In this document: positions 1-10,800 of the stretch, in pieces | How the letters are laid out: every line of letters starts with the position of its first letter | How positions within the stretch are numbered: position 1 is the stretch's first letter | From: Phycisphaerales bacterium | GTDB lineage: Bacteria > Planctomycetota > Phycisphaerae > Sedimentisphaerales > UBA12454 | Reading direction: 5' to 3' | Length of the DNA: 64,000 nucleotides | Assembly: GCA_039679715.1 (NCBI GenBank) | Contig: JBDKUM010000239.1 | Location: 32,060-96,059 of the forward strand | Notes under the pieces: generated by a model | What the model was told of the DNA's origin: nothing | What the model saw: the letters and a program-made list of their open reading frames with translations, nothing else | The model's database searches: none | Translations under genes and position numbers: made by a program

Positions 1-1635
1 TTCTGGGCGGCTTTAATCGTATCCGTTCAGCTTTTGACAGGATTGCAGGAATCGGCTTATTCTGTTCGGGGCGATGAAGGACGCGGATTCGAGTTCGCAG
101 GATTCTTTTCTTTTCCGCCTGAAAATCTGCTTACGTTAATAGCGCCGAAATTTTTTGGTGAAATTGGAAATTCCAGTTACTGGGGCAGATCATATCTTTG
201 GGAAATGTCCGTATTTTTCAGCGTGACAGGACTTGTGCTTGCGATATACGGGCAAATATACGGCAACAAATCACACAAGCGTTTTTGTATGACACTGATT
301 ATTATTTTATTTATACTAGCGCTGGGGGCACATACGCCATTATTCAAAATTCTTTACAATTTTGTTCCAGGCTTTGATAAATTTCGCGGGAACTCGAAAT
401 TTATTTACCAAATGACAGTTTTTGCTGTGATGCTTGCGGCTATCGGTTTAAATAGCTTAATAACTACAAAATCGAAACCTTCCATGCGTTGGATATTGGC
501 ACTTGCCGTTGCGACAGTTATACTTTTTATTACTGCGGAAATAATAAATTATTCAGCGCAGAACTCCGGCTTAAACGGTGTTTGGTATAAATGTATGAAA
601 TTTGTGCAATCGCAGGGCGATAAATTTAAAGAAGCTTATTTTCAGCATTCATTATATGATAACGTTGAATTTATAAAATATGCGGCAGCCAAAGCCGCAC
701 AATCATTATTCATTTCCGGCTGTTTGATTTTTATTTTGTCAGGTCTTTTTGCAGCCAGACGCCGCTGGAGTTTTGCGGTTTATGGAATTATTGCTTTAGC
801 CTTTTGCGAATTAATTTTATTTGCTCTTGGGCTTCGGCCGACATTTGAATTGTCAGACCAGAAAATGCCGCCTGGAATAAAGAATGAGATTTCCAGTCAG
901 TCTGGTGATTTCAGAATTTTTAATATGTACGATAAAAACGGCGCGATGATGGATGGCATGTACGATATCTGGGGCGACGATCCGGGTATTATAAAAAGAT
1001 ATGCTTATTTCATGGCCTATACTGAAGATTTGACCAAAACGCAAAAAGATTTCTCGCATCGTTTCTATTCTTTAGTGCGTTTAAAATATGTGGCCAGGAA
1101 AGATAATGGAGAGTACACACTTCAGACATTGAAGAATCCAATTTTACCGCGTTTGCTGCTGGTTCGTGATTTTCAGGTTGAGTCAGAACGGCAAGCAATT
1201 TTTGAATTAATAAATGCTCCTGCTTTTGACCCGAATAAGACGGTAATACTTGAATCACAGCCGATGTATTTACCGCAGCCCTCGACTCAACAGGAGATTA
1301 TCAAAATTGTTGACGAATCTACCGACCATTTAACTATCGAAGTTGAAATAAACAGCCCTGCGATTCTGCTAATTACAGACGCATATCATCCTAACTGGAA
1401 AATTAAATCGCTGCCGGGAAGTTCGCAATCGAAATATGAAATAATGCCCGCCGATTATGTTTTGCGAGCGGTTCCGCTTGAAAAAGGCAAACATCTGTTC
1501 CGCATGGAGTATAGGCCAAGTGTCTTTATAGTCGGCATGTGGATTTCTATTATTTCACTCGCAACTTTTGTTTGTTTATGCATCAGGCAGTTGTATTTAC
1601 ATAAGAAATATAAACTATCCTGCGTAAAGGATTAA
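1..1635 (+). CDS. YfhO-family polytopic membrane protein, 5' end outside the window
   Basis: Frame 1 is open from nt 1, with no stop before the listed TTG at 34. Many hydrophobic helices. C-terminal DAYHPNWKIK...GKHLFRMEYRP resembles the YfhO C-terminal signature. Confidence 0.6.
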   Translation, partial: FWAALIVSVQLLTGLQESAYSVRGDEGRGFEFAGFFSFPPENLLTLIAPKFFGEIGNSSYWGRSYLWEMSVFFSVTGLVLAIYGQIYGNKSHKRFCMTLIIILFILALGAHTPLFKILYNFVPGFDKFRGNSKFIYQMTVFAVMLAAIGLNSLITTKSKPSMRWILALAVATVILFITAEIINYSAQNSGLNGVWYKCMKFVQSQGDKFKEAYFQHSLYDNVEFIKYAAAKAAQSLFISGCLIFILSGLFAARRRWSFAVYGIIALAFCELILFALGLRPTFELSDQKMPPGIKNEISSQSGDFRIFNMYDKNGAMMDGMYDIWGDDPGIIKRYAYFMAYTEDLTKTQKDFSHRFYSLVRLKYVARKDNGEYTLQTLKNPILPRLLLVRDFQVESERQAIFELINAPAFDPNKTVILESQPMYLPQPSTQQEIIKIVDESTDHLTIEVEINSPAILLITDAYHPNWKIKSLPGSSQSKYEIMPADYVLRAVPLEKGKHLFRMEYRPSVFIVGMWISIISLATFVCLCIRQLYLHKKYKLSCVKD

Positions 1636-2429
1636 TATGGCGGGAACTTTTTTCTCGCCTTATATTTTTTGGAAAATCTTTTAACTCGCCTGATTAATGC
1701 TTCGATGTCTTTGAATTTCATCTCTTCGGCGTAAGTTTCTATCAGCAGTCTTCGCAGAGATTTATCGAAATAATTTTCCTGCATGCTGAACAGCAGCCGA
1801 CCGAGGTTTTTCATTCTCTCACTTTGACCGTAACAGTTCCGCTTCATCCTGTTAAGGTCAATGAATGCGAAATCATAATCACCTTTTTCTGTTTTGCTTA
1901 TGTAAATGTGCCAGACATATAAATCGGTCAAACCAATCCCGATTTTATGGATTTTCGATAATGTTCCGGCAAGAGCAATGATTATTTTTTCTTTTTCGTC
2001 CTGCGGCAATGATGCCCAATTCTGATTTACAAAATCAGTAAAGCATTGCTTATTCAGTTCGAGTGTTATCATAAAAGATTGCCGCTCCAACCCGAACGGA
2101 ACATCTTCACCATAACAGATACAATTCGGCACACCAATATTATTTTTTTCGAGCAGTTTCATATTGCTCCATTCATAGCCTGCCTGGCTCATGAATTTTC
2201 CTGTATTAAGGAAAGTAAAGAGCGTATCTTTAAAGTGAGAATTGCGAAAACGTTTTAAATAAAAAGTTTTTTCGCCCGCATCAGTGTTTAATTTAATACG
2301 GCTTACGTTTCTTTTTTGATTACGATTTATACATGTTTTATTTTCATTGTGATAAAAGTCTTCAAACGTTTTCATACCGTTTGCGGCCAAAACGCTTTTC
2401 CATGAATCTTCGATAAATATTTTTTGCAT
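1632..2429 (-). CDS. Lipopolysaccharide kinase (Kdo/WaaP/InaA) family protein
   Basis: FYLKRF...EWSNMKLLEKNNIGVP...SFMITLEL...LSKIHKIGIGLTDLYVWHIYIS...FIDLNRM follows the Kdo/WaaP kinase-fold pattern. Its 3' end overlaps the convergent YfhO-like gene by 4 nt. Confidence 0.6.
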   Translation of the reverse strand: MQKIFIEDSWKSVLAANGMKTFEDFYHNENKTCINRNQKRNVSRIKLNTDAGEKTFYLKRFRNSHFKDTLFTFLNTGKFMSQAGYEWSNMKLLEKNNIGVPNCICYGEDVPFGLERQSFMITLELNKQCFTDFVNQNWASLPQDEKEKIIIALAGTLSKIHKIGIGLTDLYVWHIYISKTEKGDYDFAFIDLNRMKRNCYGQSERMKNLGRLLFSMQENYFDKSLRRLLIETYAEEMKFKDIEALIRRVKRFSKKYKARKKFPPY

Positions 2430-2524
2430 AGAATCTTTCTAAGTTTTATCAACATGTTAATGATTTTCAGCGATTTATCAATTTTATTTTGCTTTTCCGA
2501 GTTTTTCTCATTATTTTATCCTTT

Positions 2525-2938
2525 ATGCAAAACGCTCATCTTGTCATATTGAAAAAATGTTATCTTGATAAGATACTTGACGGAAGTAAACCTGTAGAAC
2601 TGCGTCTCTTGAAAGCCGCATTTCCGCCTTACGGTTCGATAAACGTTGGCGACAAATTATTTTTAAAGCAATCCAGCGGCCCAGTTTGTGCAACGGCCTA
2701 CGTTTCATCTTTTCAGGAATTCAAAAATTTAACACCGACACAAATCAGCCAACTAAAAGCCGTCTATAATCATCTTGTCTTGGGTACGGATGAGTACTGG
2801 CAAATGAAGTCAGATAGTAAATATGCTGTTTTTATTTGGATGAAAAATGTTATAAAAATCGATCCGGTGATGATAACTAAAAAAGATTGGCGTGCCTGGG
2901 TTGTCTTGAGCAGAAAAAATAATTTCGGCCTACTTTGA
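2525..2938 (+). CDS. ASCH-domain (PUA-like) protein
   Basis: N-terminal LVILKKCYLDKILDGSKPVELRL matches the ASCH opening motif. I prefer the ATG at 2525 to the TTG at 2489 listed in the ORF track. Confidence 0.5.
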   Translation: MQNAHLVILKKCYLDKILDGSKPVELRLLKAAFPPYGSINVGDKLFLKQSSGPVCATAYVSSFQEFKNLTPTQISQLKAVYNHLVLGTDEYWQMKSDSKYAVFIWMKNVIKIDPVMITKKDWRAWVVLSRKNNFGLL

Positions 2939-4162
2939 TCTCCCGATATTATTGACTAAGCCGACAGCGAGAATATTTGCTACGAGACTCGATCCGCCAT
3001 AGCTCACCAGCGGAAGCGTAATTCCCGTAATCGGCATAAGGCCGATATTCATGCCAATATTTACAATGACTTGAATCGCAAAAATGATGCTGATGCCCGC
3101 AGCGACAAATCCGCCGAACATATCCGTACTGGCGGCAGCTATTTCCAGCCCGCAGGCAATCAAAAGAGCGTATAAACCTATAACAAGCAAAGCTCCCGCG
3201 AAACCCCATTGATGACTGATGAAAGCGAAAATAAAATCGTTATGTTTTTCGGGGAGAAATTTATAATATTTTACAAATGGGCCGTTGCGGTATCCCTGGC
3301 CGCTCAAACCGCCTGACGCGATCGCGAGTTTCGATCTTGTCAGCTGATAGCCTTCGCCCGCTTCCCATGTTCGCAGTCTTTCTGATGAAACACCCAGCAG
3401 CTTGGCCAGCCAGGGCCTTTTACTGCTTTGCTGTTTGAGCCAGTTATCGCTGCCGTCAAGGTTATTTTGCAGAAGAACTGAACTGACCCGCATACGCTGA
3501 TAGTCGTGCATATTGAGCCAGAGAATCGGCGCTGCCAGAATCGCGACAGATATGATTAAGACAATATGTTTGACCTTAGCTCCTGCCAAAAAAAGCATTG
3601 AAAGAAAAACCGGCATCATCAGCAAAGTAGTTCCCAAATCAGGTTCGAGAAAAATAAGCCCGATAGGTATAATTGTAAGTATAAATGGAGGAAGCAGCGA
3701 AGACAAATTTCTATAATTGCTTCGATACCGCAAATGCCAGCCGAGTGCGATTATGTAAATCAGTTTAAAAAATTCCGAAGGCTGAATCTGCAAAAATGAA
3801 CCGAATGTAATCCATCTGCGCGAACCTTTTTTCAATGGAACAAAAGGAATATCGATAAACGCATCTAAAAGTAAAAGAGCGAGCACGATTACAATACCGA
3901 TGTAAAGCCAGCCGCTCATGGAACCAAGTTTTTTATAGTTGAATGAGTTGATGAAAATCAAACCAATAAATCCGCCTGCCGCGAAGATCGCCTGCTTTTT
4001 CCAGATATCGTTAACGCCGCCCAGTGAAGCGGAAAAATCGTAAGGATTGCCCGATGCGTAAATCATCAATATGCTGATGGCGACAAGACCTGCGGCGGAT
4101 GCGAGCATGATCATCCGTGTAAAAAAAAGCCTTCCGCGCAAAAAATCAAACATATCGAACAT
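2930..4162 (-). CDS. SEDS-family peptidoglycan polymerase (RodA/FtsW/SpoVE)
   Basis: About 10 TM helices. HNDFIFA and C-terminal MPITGITLPLVSYGGSSLVANILAVGLV are hallmark SEDS motifs. It is not in a dcw cluster, so RodA and FtsW cannot be told apart. Confidence 0.85.
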   Translation of the reverse strand: MFDMFDFLRGRLFFTRMIMLASAAGLVAISILMIYASGNPYDFSASLGGVNDIWKKQAIFAAGGFIGLIFINSFNYKKLGSMSGWLYIGIVIVLALLLLDAFIDIPFVPLKKGSRRWITFGSFLQIQPSEFFKLIYIIALGWHLRYRSNYRNLSSLLPPFILTIIPIGLIFLEPDLGTTLLMMPVFLSMLFLAGAKVKHIVLIISVAILAAPILWLNMHDYQRMRVSSVLLQNNLDGSDNWLKQQSSKRPWLAKLLGVSSERLRTWEAGEGYQLTRSKLAIASGGLSGQGYRNGPFVKYYKFLPEKHNDFIFAFISHQWGFAGALLVIGLYALLIACGLEIAAASTDMFGGFVAAGISIIFAIQVIVNIGMNIGLMPITGITLPLVSYGGSSLVANILAVGLVNNIGRSK

Positions 4163-4262
4163 AGCGGAAACAATAATAACAAAAAAGCGGTAAAGAAAAA
4201 AGTATATTTAAAAGCTTTAACCCCAAATATTTACAGGATTTTTTTGAGAAAATTATCGATTC

Positions 4263-4303
4263 TACGAATTTTTTCGTTGACTTTACGAATTAGTTCGTAT
4301 AGG
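4263..4303 (+). promoter_or_regulatory. Two TACGAA-N4-TTCGTA operator-like dyads overlapping a sigma70-like promoter (TTGACT at 4277-4282, TATAGG at 4298-4303)
   Basis: TACGAAttttTTCGTt at 4263-4278 and TACGAAttagTTCGTA at 4284-4299, centres 21 bp apart, directly upstream of a BlaI/CopY-family repressor gene. Confidence 0.6.
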
Positions 4304-4337
4304 CTCACTTTAAATGAGGTATTCGGAAAGGAATTTT

Positions 4338-4742
4338 ATGGCAAGACATAAAATGGCAGGGCCGACAGATAAAGAACTTCAAATTTTGACAGTTCTATGG
4401 GAAATCGGCTCGGCTACAGTTCGCAAGGTGAATGAGGAAGTTAATAAACAGTATAAAACAGGCTACACAACTACCCTGAAAATTATGCAGATCATGACCG
4501 ACAAAGGTTTGTTGATTCGCAATGATTCCGGTTTCCAGCATATTTACAAACCGGCGATTACTGAAGAAAATACCCAAAAGCAATTGGTGGGAAATCTTCT
4601 CGAAAGGGCTTTTGCAGGTTCCGCTGAAAAATTGGTCATGCGTGCGCTGTCCGCGAAGAAAGTTTCAGCCGAGGAACTTGCGAGAATCAAAAAAATGCTT
4701 CAACAAATAAATAGCCACGAAGACACAAAGGCACAAAAATAA
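4338..4742 (+). CDS. blaI: BlaI/MecI/CopY-family winged-helix transcriptional repressor
   Basis: LTDKELQILTVLWEIGSATVRKVNEEV...YTTTLKIMQIMTDKGLL is the family signature. The ATG at 4338 has a GGAAAGGA RBS, and the track start at 4314 is in frame upstream. It sits next to an M56 peptidase gene, as in bla/mec operons. Confidence 0.85.
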   Translation: MARHKMAGPTDKELQILTVLWEIGSATVRKVNEEVNKQYKTGYTTTLKIMQIMTDKGLLIRNDSGFQHIYKPAITEENTQKQLVGNLLERAFAGSAEKLVMRALSAKKVSAEELARIKKMLQQINSHEDTKAQK

Positions 4743-4809
4743 AAAGTGTCATTCCCGCGAAAGCGGGAATCCAGTCCTAAATTATTTCGTGTTTTGGTGC
4801 CTTAGTGGC
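4716..4809. repeat. Composite palindromic intergenic element: imperfect terminal inverted repeats flanking a perfect hairpin
   Basis: GCCACGAAGACACAAAGGCAC (4716-4736) resembles the reverse complement of TTCGTGTTTTGGTGCCTTAGTGGC (4786-4809). The centre is ATTCCCGC-GAAA-GCGGGAAT (4751-4770). The left arm encodes the last residues and stop of blaI. Confidence 0.5.
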
Positions 4810-4825
4810 AGATAGGAGAAATAAA

Positions 4826-7800
4826 ATGCAAACGCTTCAAAATATCTTGTCGCAGCAGAATATACAAACCATCGGCTGGACACTAATCAATTTTATTTGG
4901 CAGGGGACTTTAATCGCTTTTCTTCTTGCGATAGTGCTGAAATTTTTGCGCAATAAAACATCTAATACCCGTTATGCAATAGCCTTTTTAGCTTTGGCTA
5001 TAATGATATTTGCCCCGATTTTTACATACAGAATGATCTATCATATTCCTGTTGCCGGTGTTGATTCAGAAAAATTGGCCAATCATCAGGTTCAAATAAT
5101 AGAACCGATGAAGGTTGTTAAATTGGATCTGCCGCAAGATAATATCAAACCCGTCGCACCTGTCAAAAAAACGATTACAGAAAAATTTATTCAGGCAACA
5201 GAAACCTTTTTGCCGCACATCGTTTTATGCTGGCTTGTGGGCGTGATAATTTTAAGCGTATGGCATCTGGGCGGCTGGATGCAATTGCAAAAATTGAGAA
5301 AGCAGATGATTTCGCCTGTTGCAGATGAAATAAAAAACAAACTTCTGCATTTGTCAAAAATCCTCGGCATAAATAAAGCTGTAAATATTTTCCAATCTGT
5401 ATTGGTAAACGTTCCTGCCGTTATTGGCCATTTCAAGCCTGTTATTCTGCTTCCCGCAAGTGCGCTTACAGGTTTAAGCAGCCGGCAAATAGATGCGATT
5501 TTAGCGCACGAGCTTGCGCATATAAAGCGATGTGATTATTTAATTAATATTTTGCAAACAGTCGTGGAGATTCTTGGCTTTTATCATCCGGCCGTGTGGT
5601 GGGTATCAAACAAAATCAGGCAGGAAAGAGAAAATTGCTGCGACGATATCGCTGTCCAAATCACCGGCGATGAAATCAGTTATGCTCATGCGCTCACAAC
5701 TATGGAAGAAATTCGATTTTTAGCCACAGAGAACACAGAGACCACAGAGGATATAAATAATAAAAAACTTGCCGTCGCGGCATCGGGCGGAAATTTATTT
5801 CAGCGAATCAAAAGGCTGGTCACAAAAAATTCTCACGAAAACGAAAAAGCCGGCTGGCTGCCGTCAGCGATTACGTTCGTATTGATCGCCGCTTTGTTGA
5901 TTCCTATGAGTTTAACTTTGATTAGCTGCAACCAGGAAAAAATTGTACAGCATGAAATGAACCAAAAGCTTAGCAAACTTGATATCGATACGGCAACTAG
6001 AGAAGATGTGATAAAAGTCTTCGGCGAACCTGAAAAATATATGTGGGGTAATGAAAAAGTCGGAACATTCCAGTATTACCAAAAAGATAATCTTCCCGAT
6101 AAATACGTTATGTTTTATCCGAATGATTTTCGAATATTCATTGCTAATAATCAAATTGTGGAATTCCGCTTTGAGGGGCAAAGTGATTATGTTTTTGATG
6201 GCGAATTGGTCGTAGGATCTTCGCTGGAAAAGGTGATCAAAGTACTTGGCGAACCGAACGAAATTCTTGATGGAGAAAAAATTGAATTTAAGGATAACGT
6301 TCTTTATAAGAACATACAGGATAAACCCAAAGGAATCGGCTATTACGCTGTCCCCCAAAAACATGTCAGGATCTGGCTGAACAATGATGAAGTCAGGGCG
6401 ATATACGTCACGCGCAGCGATTATAGCGATGGAGGGCCTTTCAACAAAAAATTGAAAGACAGCGAATTGCCCAAAGGCAGTACAATCGATGCAAAAGGCC
6501 ATATCGTGGACAAAATCGACTACCCATTTGTTAACGACCCGGAAGTGCTCGGCGGCTGGGAAGCTGTAGATTTTGTAAATGATATTAATAATTTTAAACC
6601 AGGCAAAAGATCATGGGATGGAGATTTGTTCTTAAAAGAATTGTTCTTTTTGGATGAAGGTAAAACAAATTGGGCATTTTCATGGACGAAAGGATTGCTG
6701 CTTCACAGCGGAGATAAGACCGCTTCGAAATATATCATTAAAGAAATAAACGGCTCAAAATATATGTTTATGGAATGGAAAAGCGGAGATTACACAATCC
6801 GCCACATGAAGCCAAGTTATTATGTTCTTAAAAAAGTTGAAGATAGTAACGTTGCTGAAGTTCCGCCGCATCCTACCCGGCCTAAAGAGCCGCCTCCTCC
6901 GCCAAGACCCTATGATCCGCCAACAAGAGAAATGGTAGTGTACGAAGTAAATAAAAGCGTAAGTGATTTCCCTGCTGACGATTTTTCAACACCGCAGGCT
7001 GCTTATGCTGCAATAAACAAAGTCTCAGCAAACGGCGATTCAGACGGCTGGCAAAGAGTGAGCGTAAAGAAACTTGCACAAAGTTTGGCCGCAGAAAAGA
7101 AAAATGGCAAAATGAAAACTGATCCCGAATGGTCGCAGGTTCTTTTGAATGCTAAAATCAATGAAGTAAGAATATGGAACAATAAAAAAGCGATTGTAAT
7201 GGCCGAACTGCCCCAAAGTTTTTGCAGCAAAAAAATAAAAGCGCCTATCGACGTTCGCTGGCTTGAATTTGAAAATAATAAATGGCTCAACAGCGGCAAT
7301 GACCGAACCTGGACAATCGAAGAAGCAAGAGCTAAATTTGATAATAGCTTCAATGATAACACGCAAGAGCCTGATAGAACCAATCAGCAAAAAATAAGTG
7401 ATGAGAAATTAAATAAGATTTTTAATAAACCTGATGAAGTCATTGTACAAGCAAAAGAGCTTTTTGAAAAAATTAAAAATGCGGACTATGTGAAATTTCT
7501 GAATTATTATAATGATGGCCAATGGAAAGCGGATGAATGGCAAAAATGGCCTACAATAGGTTATTACATGGTACATACTGCTTATCCTGATTTTGTACTT
7601 TGGACATGCAGAACTTTTAAAGATAATCCCATTGTTAATGTTGAACTTGGTGAGGTATATAAGGGAGATCGAATTATCATTGGAAAAACGGGATGGCCGA
7701 CCGTGCCTTATAAAATTACGTTAAAGGATGGAAGTTTTATTCAGGGAGATTTGCCTTTTGAATACAATTTTGATGGCGGAAAAGGTCATTGGCATGGCAT

Positions 7801-10800
7801 GGAAGGTATTGATTGGCATTTGCAGGATGATCCAATTAAAAAAGCTCCGTCAATAGAAGATGAGGTCGAACAACTTACAAAAAATGCAGAAGATTTTTAT
7901 AAACAAGTTATTAAGAAAAAGTCTGAATTCAAGAATAATAAAGATGCAATTGCTTTACAGAAATTAACAAAGAAAGAATTAGAGAAGTTAGATCAGAAAT
8001 TTGAAACGCAAATTGAACCTGCTTTAAAACAACTCCCTGTTGAACAGCAGAAAAACTTGAATGTACAACTTGATAAAATGGTTGCTGCAATGAAGCAATT
8101 GTCAGAACAGTTAAAAGAATTGCCGAGTGAAGACGTAGTGTTGCAATCTGCTGACTCAAATAGTCCAAATGATGCGATTACTTCTGCGTTTAATGAATTT
8201 ATAAAGGCAGTGCAAATAAATGATAACCAAGCAATTACAAGGATAGCAGTAAGGCAAGCCAATGCATATAATTTTATCGAGCCACAAAGGCTAAATGCGA
8301 TTAATTCACTACAACGTGATGCAATGGCATTGACAAGCTACAAAGGCTTTGAAAACTTGACAATTGCTTCAATTCAAGATGACAATCAAACCAAGTTAAA
8401 AAATGTTATTACAAGCGGGGTTGTTGATGTCAGGGGAATCAGAGGCAGACTTTCTTTTGGTTTTTCAATGAAAGATAAACCAATTTTAGAGACCATACAC
8501 TTTGTTGAAGATAATGGAAAACAGATTCTTTTAAGGCCGCAGGTGCTTATCAGTGCAAGGATTGTTAGTGTTCCGCAGAATTGGCCGAGATTAAAAGAGG
8601 TTACCGCTCCCGACAAATTCTTTACGCCAGAAGAATTAAAGCAGCTTTTGTCAGAAATTCAAAATGTAGACAAGGCGAAAGTTCTTGCCGCTCCCAGGGT
8701 TTTACTGAATGACGGCGAAGAAGGCCTGATTACAACAAAAAATGTGGAGTTTAAAGTTAAATGCAATGTTTCGCAGGGAAGGCAGGTAATAACCGGAGAT
8801 TATAATTTAAAATATGTCTGCCGTAATTCGATTGGCACGATTAGTAGCAAAATAACGATGTCTTCTAATATGGCCGCTGCAATAAAAGGCAAAACGATTT
8901 ATGACGGCAATGAACTAATTTTAATCGTTCAGCCCAAAGTTCTTGAAGCAGGCGAAAAATTGGAAACCGGCGTTGCAGCGGAAAATAATTCCGTGCCGCA
9001 GAAAGAGACAACATTCGGCCCAAGAAGACCAACAGGCAATTGTTCAATCAGCGGAAAAGCTGTATCCGCAGAAACTAATGAACCTGTTGCAAACGCAAGA
9101 ATGTATTTGTTCTGCAATGAAACTCATGATGCTATTTTTATAAATACCGCAACTGATGGAACGTTTGAGTTTCAAAATATTCCAAGTGGCTCATTTACAT
9201 TAAGGAGTTCTCATGTTGCCGGCTATCAGGACTGCGTTTATGATCCTGAAAATAAATCAGTCGAATGGCCGCCTTTTTCACTGAAGGATGGTGAACAAAG
9301 AAAAAATCTTATTTTTAAACTTAAACCTGCATACAGTATCTCCGGGAAAATCCTGGATGAAAATGGCCGGGTTCCGGCGGAAGGTTTTGAAGTTTTAGCA
9401 TGGTTAAAAAAAGACGGTCAAAAGTATGATGTCATAAATAACAGGATAAACAGTAAAGACGGCACATTTTTAATTGATGGGCTTGAAGGAACGCCGGTAT
9501 ATGTTATGGCTATTAACTGGCAAGCGGAGGTAGACGGAAATGCATATCCGCCTATTTATTATCCTGGAACCTTTTCGAGAGATGAAGCCAAGTTGATTAC
9601 ATTTGACAATGAGAAAGAAATTAAAAATATAGAGATAAAATTAAAAAAGAATGGTGGAATTGTTCTGGAAGGTACGGTAACCGATGAAAAAGGACAACCC
9701 GTCTCACAAGCCTTTGTAGTTGTCCATCATAGCGATATGCTTGTCGATTTTTCTGCGGCTTATACAGATCAAAATGGAAAGTATAAAATTGAGGCTTTGG
9801 GACCCGGCAATTTTTTGGCTCACGTTGATGCGGTACACAAAGGATATGTACGTATGAGGATACCTCTTGAAATAAAAGCCGCAGATAAAGAAATCAATAT
9901 GAATTTTAAATTAAACAGAGGTGTTTCCATATCAGGCAAATTTGTTGATGAAAATGGCAATGAATGGAAGAACTTAAATGGCTATGGAAATGTATACGTT
10001 TCGAATAAATCTGTCAAAGACAGTAATTCAGATGTATCAAGTTTTAGTCTTACCAATTTTAGAAATAAATACAGACCAAAAAGCAATGAAAGGTCTGGAG
10101 GATATTTTGCTTTAGGAGAAGGTGATTACAATAATGGCGAAATGATTTTTCCAACCAGCAGCACTTTTATATTGCAGGGAATAATGCCGGGCAAAACCAA
10201 AATTTCTTTCGAGCCGAAGGAAAAAGGCAGTTCAGCTAAAGAAATTCTCTATAACGGCCAAAACATAAAAGATACAGGCCTTGAAACCAACCCCGGCCAG
10301 GAAATTAAAGATGTAACGATTGTAATAGGTAAAGAAGACACGAAACAAAAAACGGAAAAAAATATTTCGGATAATTTTGAAATCCTCGATGTAAACTTCG
10401 AGCCGATTCATCAGGGCAAAAACATTGTCTGGATTACAGTGAAAAATACCGCCGATAAGGAACAGTTTTTCAGTGTTAATGTTTATTCACGTTCCGTAGA
10501 TTACGGTCAAGGCGGCGTTGGCTGGGGCACATCCTTTCGTGAAAAATTTGATGCGGAACAAACAAAAAAATTACAATATTTTTATAAGATTCAGGGACCG
10601 ATTACAAAAAATACATATACAAGATTATCGTTTTATAAAGTTAATTCTTTAAGTTTTGATGATGATAAAGATGCCAAAGCTTTTGCGGTTAAACAATATT
10701 CGATAAATGATTTAAAGATTGCCGCCGAAAATAAACCATCTATTAAAGCCTCAAAACAACAATTTGATGCAGTTGCAAAAACTCTTGCTCAAATGCAGGA

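Noticed and set aside
4314-4337. Upstream in-frame extensions offered by the ORF track: 4314 for blaI, 4805 for the giant gene, 2489 for the ASCH gene, 15614 for hemW, 43504 for rplA, 57192 for rpsJ and 62328 for rpmC.
   Set aside because: In each case a downstream ATG has a better Shine-Dalgarno and matches the N-terminus expected for the family. The extensions add non-homologous residues or overlap the preceding gene.
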